From positions 41,788 to 105,787 of the forward strand of contig JAFYUI010000028.1 in the NCBI GenBank assembly GCA_017549565.1: 64,000 nt of DNA, given 5' to 3'. Shown one piece after another: positions 57,726 to 64,000 of the stretch (the stretch's first letter is position 1; each line of letters begins with the position of its first letter). Below the pieces are notes generated by a model, which was not told where the DNA came from, did not search any database, and saw only the letters and a list, made by a program, of their open reading frames with translations. Position numbers and translations under genes: made by a program. The DNA comes from Clostridia bacterium. Lineage in GTDB: Bacteria > Bacillota > Clostridia > Oscillospirales > Acutalibacteraceae.

Positions 57726-59956
57726 TACATTACCTCGTGGAAGGTACGGCTTATAACCTCACGCTGTTGCTCGCGCGAAAGCTTGTGGAAGTTAACTGCA
57801 TAACCCGAAACACGAATGGTAAGATTAGGATAAGCTTCGGGATTATTGTAAGCTTCAACAAGAGTTTCACGGTTAAGCACATTTACATTTATATGGTGTG
57901 CCATTTTTGCAAAATAACCATCTAAAATTGTAACCAAATTGGTAATTCTTTCATCATCACTTCTGCCCAAGGTTTCGGGTGTGATAGAAAATGTGTTTGA
58001 AATACCGTCGCGGCAGTCGTCATAGCTAATTTTACAAATCGAATTAAGCGATGCCAAAGCACCGTTTTCTTCGCGGTTGTGCATTGGGTTTGCACCTGGG
58101 GCAAATGCCTCGCCGGCTTTTCTGCCGTCAGGGGTTGCACCTGTGTTTTTACCGTACATTACATTTGAAGTAATTGTAAGCACAGAAAGGGTGTGAACGG
58201 CATTACGATAGGTTGGTGTTTTGCGAAGTTCGGTAATAGTTTTATGGGTAATTTCCTTAGCAATAAGGTCTACCCTGTCATCGTCGTTGCCAAATTTCGG
58301 GAAATCGCCTTCAATATTAAAGTCAACAATATATCCCTTTTCGTTTCTTACCGGCACAACCTTTGCATATTTAATTGCGCTTAAAGAGTCAGCAATAACC
58401 GAAAGTCCTGCAATACCAAATGCCATTAAGCGTTCAACATTTGTGTCGTGAAGTGCCATTTGCGACTTTTCATAAGCATATTTATCGTGCATATAATGAA
58501 TTACATTCATTGTGTTGACATAAAGCTTTGAAAGCCAAGCGAGATATTCATCGAAACGCTCAACAACTGTGTCATAATCAAGCACATCGCCTGAAATTAT
58601 GCTGTTTTTAGGGCCAATTGCAATGTTGCTTGTGGTGTCATAACCACCATTTAAAGCAATAAGCAAAAGCTTGGGCAAATTGCATCTTGCACCAAAGAAT
58701 TGCATTTGCTTGCCAACACGCATTGCCGAAACGCAGCAAGCAATGGCATAATCATCACCATAAATTGGGCGCATTAAATCATCATTTTCATACTGAATAG
58801 AGTCAGTATCCTTTGAAATTTGGGCGCAAAAACGCTTGAAGCCCATTGGAAGCTTATTTGACCAAAGCACAGTCAAATTCGGCTCTGGCGAAGAGCCAAG
58901 GGTGTAAAGCGTGTTAAGAATACGGAAGCTGCTTTTTGTAACCAAGGTTCTTCCGTCTTCACCCATACCGCCAACCGCTTCGGTTATCCACATTGGGTCA
59001 CCGCCGAAAAGCTCGTTATATTCGGGTGTGCGAAGATGGCGCGCCATACGAAGTTTCATTACAAAATCATCAATAATTTCTTGCGCTTCGGTTTCGGTCA
59101 AGATGCCGTTTTTAAGGTCACGCTCGATATAAATATCAAAAAATGTCGAAACACGGCCAAGCGACATTGCAGCGCCGTTTTGCTCCTTAATAGCGGCAAG
59201 ATAGGCAAAATATGTCCACTGAACTGCTTCCTTTGTGTTGGAGGCGGGACCACTTATATCATAGCCGTATAAAAGTGCCATTTCCTTCATATATTCAAGA
59301 AAACGGATTTGTTGGTAAAGCTCTTCACCAAGGCGGATTTGCTCGGTTTTAAAATCTTCGGTTTCAAGCTGCTTTTTGTCCTTTTGCTTTTCTTCAATAA
59401 GGCGGTTTATACCATAAAGTGCAACACGACGATAATCACCGATAATTCTGCCACGACCATAAGCATCGGGAAGACCTGTAATAACATGACAATGACGGGC
59501 ATCGCGCATTTCCTTTGTGTATGCGCGGAAAACACCCTCATTATGTGTTGTGCGGTATTGAAATTCTTTTTCAATTTTTTCGGAAATTTTATAACCGTAA
59601 GCCGCACAGGCCTGGCGGGCCATACGCATACCGCCAAAGGGATTTATGCCACGGCGAAGCGGACGGTCTGTTTGAAGACCGACGATAATTTCATTTTCCT
59701 TGTCTAAATAGCCCGCAGGGTAAGCAGTAAGGGAAGAAACCGTTTCGGTATCAACATCAAAAACACCGCCGAACTGACGCTCAACCTTGAAAAGTGTTTC
59801 AAGCTTTGCCATTAAGTCTTTCGTGCGCTGGGTTGCCCCCTGCAAAAATTCGCTATCCCCTGTATATTCAGTATAATTAGTCTGAATAAAATCTCTTACA
59901 TTGATTTCATCCTGCCAAACACCCTTATTAAATCCATTCCATTTTTCGCTAAACAT
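57725..59956 (-). CDS. pflB: formate C-acetyltransferase (pyruvate formate-lyase)
   Basis: 743 aa from the ATG at 59956 (MFSEKWNGF...) behind GGAGG. Active-site CCVS (ACCVSAM) and glycyl-radical motif RVSGYAV. The track's 43-aa extension runs through the riboswitch and is rejected. Confidence 0.96.
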   Translation of the reverse strand: MFSEKWNGFNKGVWQDEINVRDFIQTNYTEYTGDSEFLQGATQRTKDLMAKLETLFKVERQFGGVFDVDTETVSSLTAYPAGYLDKENEIIVGLQTDRPLRRGINPFGGMRMARQACAAYGYKISEKIEKEFQYRTTHNEGVFRAYTKEMRDARHCHVITGLPDAYGRGRIIGDYRRVALYGINRLIEEKQKDKKQLETEDFKTEQIRLGEELYQQIRFLEYMKEMALLYGYDISGPASNTKEAVQWTYFAYLAAIKEQNGAAMSLGRVSTFFDIYIERDLKNGILTETEAQEIIDDFVMKLRMARHLRTPEYNELFGGDPMWITEAVGGMGEDGRTLVTKSSFRILNTLYTLGSSPEPNLTVLWSNKLPMGFKRFCAQISKDTDSIQYENDDLMRPIYGDDYAIACCVSAMRVGKQMQFFGARCNLPKLLLIALNGGYDTTSNIAIGPKNSIISGDVLDYDTVVERFDEYLAWLSKLYVNTMNVIHYMHDKYAYEKSQMALHDTNVERLMAFGIAGLSVIADSLSAIKYAKVVPVRNEKGYIVDFNIEGDFPKFGNDDDRVDLIAKEITHKTITELRKTPTYRNAVHTLSVLTITSNVMYGKNTGATPDGRKAGEAFAPGANPMHNREENGALASLNSICKISYDDCRDGISNTFSITPETLGRSDDERITNLVTILDGYFAKMAHHINVNVLNRETLVEAYNNPEAYPNLTIRVSGYAVNFHKLSREQQREVISRTFHEVM

Positions 59957-59975
59957 AATTTTAAAATTCCTCCAT

Positions 59976-60080
59976 AAAAAAAGCAATTCAGCACGAAAAT
60001 TACTGAATTGCCCAGACGGTCGGCACAATATATAGTACATTCCCCTGTGGTAATCCACAATATCCGTCAGTAGTGTACTT
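59976..60080 (-). promoter_or_regulatory. ZTP riboswitch (pfl RNA motif) with intrinsic-terminator expression platform
   Basis: Minus strand GTACACTACTGACGGATATTGTGGATTACCACAGGGGAATGTAC ... GCCGACCGTCTGGGCAATTCAG-TAATTTTCGTG-CTGAATTGCTTTTTTT. Both conserved sub-domains of the pfl motif are present. A 9-bp terminator stem overlaps the GGGCA of the pseudoknot strand. Confidence 0.85.
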
Positions 60081-60090
60081 AGCACAACAT

Positions 60091-60119
60091 ATTGTATACT
60101 ATAACACCGATTTTGTCAA
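60091..60119 (-). promoter_or_regulatory. sigma-A type promoter for the pflBA leader (TTGACA-17-TACAAT)
   Basis: Minus strand TTGACA (60119-60114), 17 nt, TACAAT (60096-60091). Confidence 0.65.
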
Positions 60120-60151
60120 TATATATTGTAAAATTTATTTTAAAAAATAAA

Positions 60152-60180
60152 TTGATATTTACATAGTAATATGTTAAAAT
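60152..60180 (+). promoter_or_regulatory. sigma-A type promoter for the ACT/UPF0210 operon (TTGATA-17-TAAAAT)
   Basis: TTGATA 60152-60157, TAAAAT 60175-60180, about 30 nt before the ATG at 60212. Confidence 0.55.
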
Positions 60181-60211
60181 GTTAATTATCAAAATTCAAA
60201 GGGATGATTAT

Positions 60212-60481
60212 ATGAAAACCGTTATTTCAGTTATCGGTAAAGATTCAGTTGGTATTATTGCAAAGGTAAGTGATGTTTGCAGTAAACACAACGCAAATAT
60301 TATCGATATTACACAGTCGGTTTTGCAGGATATGTTTGTAATGGTTATGCTTACCGAAATTAAAGACCTTAACTGTTCTTTTTCTGATTTTTCAGACAAA
60401 ATGAGGTTGCTTGGCGAAGAAAATAATCTTGATATCCGTGTTATGCACGAGGATGTTTTTAATTCAATGCACAGAATTTAA
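60212..60481 (+). CDS. ACT domain-containing protein (UPF0237 family)
   Basis: 89 aa. MKTVISVIGKDSVGIIAKVS...ANIIDITQSV ACT fold. ATG at 60212 behind AAGGGA. Confidence 0.88.
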   Translation: MKTVISVIGKDSVGIIAKVSDVCSKHNANIIDITQSVLQDMFVMVMLTEIKDLNCSFSDFSDKMRLLGEENNLDIRVMHEDVFNSMHRI

Positions 60482-60491
60482 GGGGTAAGAA

Positions 60492-61850
60492 ATGATAAAT
60501 ATTCACGACATAATGGAAACCATAAATATGATTTCCGAAGAAAATCTTGACATACGCACGATTACAATGGGCATTTCCCTTTTGGACTGCTGTGACAGCG
60601 ATATAGAAAAATCTTGCCAAAAGGTTTATGACAAAATCACCCGCCTTGCAGGTAATCTTGTTAAAACAGGCGAAGATATTGAAAAGGAATTTGGTATTCC
60701 GATTATAAACAAGCGCATTTCCGTAACACCCATTTCAATGCTTGTTGCCGCTTCGGGCGGTGACCCTGTTTTATATGCAAAGGCATTGCAACGCGCTGCC
60801 GATGCAACAGGCGTTAACTTTATCGGCGGTTATTCTGCTCTTGTTCACAAGGGCTTTGCCGCAGGTGATGAGGAGCTTATCCGTTCTATTCCCCGCGCCC
60901 TTAGTGAAACAAATAATATTTGTTCAAGCGTTAACATTGGCTCGACAAAAGCGGGCATAAATATGGACGCCGTAAAGCTTATGGGTGAAATTGTGCGCAA
61001 AACTGCCGAAATCACTGCCGACCGCGAATGCATCGGTTGTGCAAAGTTAGTTGTTTTTTGCAACGCTGTTGAAGATAATCCCTTTATGGCAGGTGCTTTT
61101 CACGGCGTGGGCGAGCCCGACTGTGTTATCCATGTTGGTGTTTCGGGCCCCGGTGTTGTGCAGGCCGCAATTAAAAAGCACCCAAATGCCACTTTGGGCG
61201 AAATTGCCGAGGTTATTAAACGCACAGCTTTTAAAATTACCCGTATGGGTCAGCTTGTCGGTAACGAGGCATCTCGCCGTTTAGGTGTGCCCTTTGGCAT
61301 TGTTGACTTATCACTTGCCCCCACCCCCGCTGTTGGTGACTCGGTTGCCCATATTTTAGAGGAAATGGGCCTTGAAACCTGTGGTATTCCGGGAACAACC
61401 GCTGCACTTGCAATGCTAAACGATGCAGTTAAAAAGGGTGGCGTTATGGCGTCCTCCTATGTAGGCGGTCTTTCGGGTGCGTTTATCCCTGTTACTGAGG
61501 ATGCAGGTATGATTGATGCCGCACGCTCGGGTGATTTACGCCTTGAAAAGTTAGAAGCAATGACTGCAGTATGCTCGGTTGGTCTTGATATGATAGCTAT
61601 TCCGGGTGATACCCCTGCCGAAGTTATTTCGGGCATTATAGCTGACGAAGCTGCTATCGGTATGGTAAACAGCAAAACCACCGCCGTGCGCGTTATCCCC
61701 GCAATTAACAAAAAAGACGGTGAAGAGCTTGACTTTGGCGGTCTTTTAGGTTCAGGTCCGATTATGGATGTGAACCTTAAAAAGTCACCCAAAAAGTTCA
61801 TAGAGCGCGCAGGCCGAATTCCCGCCCCGCTTCAAAGTCTTAAAAATTAG
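60492..61850 (+). CDS. UPF0210 (DUF711, often annotated as 'PFL family protein') protein of unknown function
   Basis: 452 aa. ...[12 protein letters not shown]..., [32 protein letters not shown]. Always paired with the small ACT protein (family knowledge). Confidence 0.88.
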   Translation: MINIHDIMETINMISEENLDIRTITMGISLLDCCDSDIEKSCQKVYDKITRLAGNLVKTGEDIEKEFGIPIINKRISVTPISMLVAASGGDPVLYAKALQRAADATGVNFIGGYSALVHKGFAAGDEELIRSIPRALSETNNICSSVNIGSTKAGINMDAVKLMGEIVRKTAEITADRECIGCAKLVVFCNAVEDNPFMAGAFHGVGEPDCVIHVGVSGPGVVQAAIKKHPNATLGEIAEVIKRTAFKITRMGQLVGNEASRRLGVPFGIVDLSLAPTPAVGDSVAHILEEMGLETCGIPGTTAALAMLNDAVKKGGVMASSYVGGLSGAFIPVTEDAGMIDAARSGDLRLEKLEAMTAVCSVGLDMIAIPGDTPAEVISGIIADEAAIGMVNSKTTAVRVIPAINKKDGEELDFGGLLGSGPIMDVNLKKSPKKFIERAGRIPAPLQSLKN

Positions 61851-61858
61851 GAGATTTT

Positions 61859-62332
61859 ATGAAACTTTTATTTAAGCAACGGCTTTTTTCGTGGTTTGAC
61901 AGCTACGATATTTACGATGAGGCCGGAAATACCCTTTATGTCGTAAAAGGCCAGCTATCTTGGGGACATCTTTTAAAAATTTTTGATAAAAACGGGCGTG
62001 AAGTCGGCACAGTAAAGCAAAGAATTTTTTCTTTTTTACCCAAGTTTGAAATTTATGAATATAACCAATATGTCGGTTGCATCAGCCGCGAGCTTACCCT
62101 ATTTAGACCCCGTTATAACATTGATTTTAACGGTTGGCAGGTTCACGGAAACTATTTCGAATGGAACTATAACATTTTGGATAGAAACAACATTCCCATT
62201 GCCGATATTTCAAAACAGCTTTGGAATTGGACCGACACCTACATAATTGATGTATTTGACCCCGCCAACGCATTATACGCTTTAATGCTTGTTTTGGCAA
62301 TTGATGCCGAAAAATGTTCGCGTGACAATTAA
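61859..62332 (+). CDS. LURP-one-related / YxjI family protein (tubby C-terminal-like fold)
   Basis: 157 aa. Pattern KQRLFSWFDSYDIYDEAGN...KIFDKNGREVG..., typical of DUF567/YxjI. Confidence 0.8.
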   Translation: MKLLFKQRLFSWFDSYDIYDEAGNTLYVVKGQLSWGHLLKIFDKNGREVGTVKQRIFSFLPKFEIYEYNQYVGCISRELTLFRPRYNIDFNGWQVHGNYFEWNYNILDRNNIPIADISKQLWNWTDTYIIDVFDPANALYALMLVLAIDAEKCSRDN

Positions 62333-62340
62333 AAAAATAT

Positions 62341-62374
62341 GAAAAACCCGCTCTTTCGAGCGGGTTTTTGTTTT
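62341..62374. terminator. bidirectional intrinsic terminator between the yxjI-like gene (+) and pckG (-)
   Basis: GAAAAACCCGCTC-TTTC-GAGCGGGTTTTTGTTTT. Confidence 0.85.
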
Positions 62375-62376
62375 AA

Positions 62377-64000
62377 TTACATTTTTGCAAGGTTTGCTTT
62401 AAGGTTTGCAAGCTGTTCTTCAAGTTCCTTTGGTAACTTGTCGCCAAACTTCTTATAGTGTTCAGTGATTTCAGCTGCTTCCTTTTCCCAAACCGCCTTG
62501 TCAACAGTTAAGATATCCTTAAGGGTTTCGATATCCATATCCAAATCGGTAAGGTCGATATCTTCGGGCTTTGGAACATAACCGATAGCAGTTTCAGTAG
62601 CATCTGCCTTGCCTTCGCAACGGTCGATAATCCAGTTAAGAACGCGCATATTGTCGCCAAAACCTGGCCATACGAAGTTGCCTTCATCATCAGTTCTAAA
62701 CCAGTTAACGTTGAAAATCTTAGGAGCTTTATCGCCAAGCTTTTCGCCCATTTCAAGCCAATGCTTGAAGTAGTCACCCATGTGGTAACCGCAGAAAGGA
62801 AGCATAGCCATTGGGTCGCGACGAACAACACCTACTGCACCTGCAGCAGCTGCAGTGGTTTCAGAAGCCATTGCAGAGCCAACAAATACACCGTTAACCC
62901 AGTCTTTTGATTGATATACAAGCGGAGCGCACTTAGCACGACGACCGCCGAAGATGATTGCAGAAATCGGCACGCCTTCGCCCTTGTTAAATTCTTCAGA
63001 AATGCAGGGGCAGTTTTCAGCAGGAGCTGTAAAGCGTGAGTTGGGGTGTGCAGCATAGGTTGACTTGTCTGCCTTGTCGAACTTTGAAGCATCCCAAGGA
63101 TTGCCGAGCCAGTCAATAGCATTTTCAGGTAAATTCTTATTAAGGCCTTCCCACCAAACTGTGTTGTCGCTTAAATCGTGAGCAACGTTGGTGAAAATTG
63201 TGCCCTTCTTGGTGCTTTCAAGAGCATTGAAGTTTGATTTTTCGTTGGTGCCGGGAGCAACGCCGAAGAAACCATTTTCAGGGTTGATAGCATAAAGACG
63301 ACCGTCAGGACCTATCTTCATCCAAGAAATATCGTCGCCAACTGTCCAAATCTTATAACCCTTTTCGCGCAAATATGCGGGAGGAATAAGCATTGCGAGG
63401 TTGGTCTTACCGCAAGCAGATGGGAATGCAGCAGCAACATATTTAACTTCACCTTGTGGGTTTTCAAGACCGAGGATGAGCATGTGTTCAGCCATCCAGC
63501 CCTCTTTCCAACCTTGGTAAGAAGCAATACGAAGAGCAAAGCACTTTTTACCTAAAAGCACGTTTCTGCCGTAGCCCGAGTTTACAGAGATAATGGTGTT
63601 ATCCTGTGGGAAGTGGCAGATATATCTCTTTTCTTGGTCGATATCGCAGCGTGAGTGTAAACCGCGTACCCAGTCATTGCTGTCGCCCAAAACTTCTAAA
63701 ACCTTGGGGCTTACGCGGGTCATAATAAGCATATTAAGAACAACATAAACCGAGTCAGTTACCTCAATACCGATTTTAGCAATTGGTGAGCCGATAGGAC
63801 CCATTGAGTAAGGGATTACATACATTGTACGGCCCTTGTAGCTGCCGCGTGCAATGTCATAAAGCTTTTTATACATTTCAGCAGGGTCGCACCAGTTGTT
63901 TGTGGGGCCTGCTTCTTCTTTAGTGGGGGTACAAATAAATGTACGGTCTTCTACACGAGCAACGTCATTTGGCTTTGTTCTGTGAAGATAGCAATCAGGT
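62377..64000 (-). CDS. pckG: phosphoenolpyruvate carboxykinase (GTP), N-terminus beyond the window end
   Basis: Kinase-1a P-loop FPSACGKTNLAML and GTP-PEPCK C-terminal domain. The frame stays open from 63877 to 64000, so the track's Met at 63876 is internal. Confidence 0.93.
   Translation of the reverse strand, partial: PDCYLHRTKPNDVARVEDRTFICTPTKEEAGPTNNWCDPAEMYKKLYDIARGSYKGRTMYVIPYSMGPIGSPIAKIGIEVTDSVYVVLNMLIMTRVSPKVLEVLGDSNDWVRGLHSRCDIDQEKRYICHFPQDNTIISVNSGYGRNVLLGKKCFALRIASYQGWKEGWMAEHMLILGLENPQGEVKYVAAAFPSACGKTNLAMLIPPAYLREKGYKIWTVGDDISWMKIGPDGRLYAINPENGFFGVAPGTNEKSNFNALESTKKGTIFTNVAHDLSDNTVWWEGLNKNLPENAIDWLGNPWDASKFDKADKSTYAAHPNSRFTAPAENCPCISEEFNKGEGVPISAIIFGGRRAKCAPLVYQSKDWVNGVFVGSAMASETTAAAAGAVGVVRRDPMAMLPFCGYHMGDYFKHWLEMGEKLGDKAPKIFNVNWFRTDDEGNFVWPGFGDNMRVLNWIIDRCEGKADATETAIGYVPKPEDIDLTDLDMDIETLKDILTVDKAVWEKEAAEITEHYKKFGDKLPKELEEQLANLKANLAKM

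Noticed and set aside
59957-60085. 43-aa N-terminal extension of pflB in the track, plus similar extensions of rpoD, rpmE, spoIIR, typA, argG, serC and degV
   Set aside because: The extensions start at non-ATG or RBS-less codons and run through promoters, a riboswitch or the preceding gene. Each has an internal ATG behind a clear GGAGG-like SD that reproduces the canonical family N-terminus.
1-64000. CRISPR arrays, IS elements, integrases, restriction-modification or other defence islands
   Set aside because: I read through all intergenic regions and all ORFs of at least 60 aa. I found no direct-repeat/spacer arrays, no transposase or recombinase motifs and no terminal inverted repeats flanking genes. 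The only repeats found are those listed as features.

Overview
This window is a gene-dense stretch of core chromosome with about 64 protein genes and one tRNA. It most likely comes from a low-GC, spore-forming Firmicute of class Clostridia. That is inferred from spoIIR, ytfJ, an IspH-S1 fusion gene, frequent TTG/GTG starts behind GGAGG-type ribosome-binding sites, and many ATGA/TAATG gene junctions.

Gene content is almost entirely housekeeping:
- ruvCAB, ecfA1A2T and truA
- potABCD
- a collinear argG-argH-argF-proB-proA-proC block
- typA, murF-ddl, ispH/rpsA-cmk, serC-serA, cysK and greA
- scpAB, dacB and rluB
- dgt-dnaG-rpoD, rpmE, spoIIR and ispE
- pflBA and a GTP-type PEP carboxykinase

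I see no integrase, transposase, phage structural gene, CRISPR array, toxin-antitoxin pair or recognisable defence island. I cannot honestly point to a convincing new multi-gene system.

The best-supported non-coding element is a ZTP (pfl-motif) riboswitch with a terminator platform in the pflB leader. The other items worth a second look are:
- the conserved but uncharacterised ACT(UPF0237)-UPF0210-YxjI cluster, divergent from the riboswitch-controlled pfl operon
- a roughly 240-nt structured leader and overlapping upstream ORF in front of potA
- an array of ATGCAT/TTGCAT half-sites (ArgR-operator-like) over the argG promoter
- a MurF whose N-terminal domain is replaced by a polytopic membrane segment
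- a 1001-aa MacB-type ABC fusion with a Met-Gly-Ser tandem repeat
- an AT-rich orphan gene beside tRNA-Leu, preceded by heptad-phased TTCAC/GTGAA repeats
- several small or membrane proteins with no assignable function

Several N-termini in the supplied ORF track are over-extended. I re-set them where an in-frame ATG sits behind a clear Shine-Dalgarno sequence.
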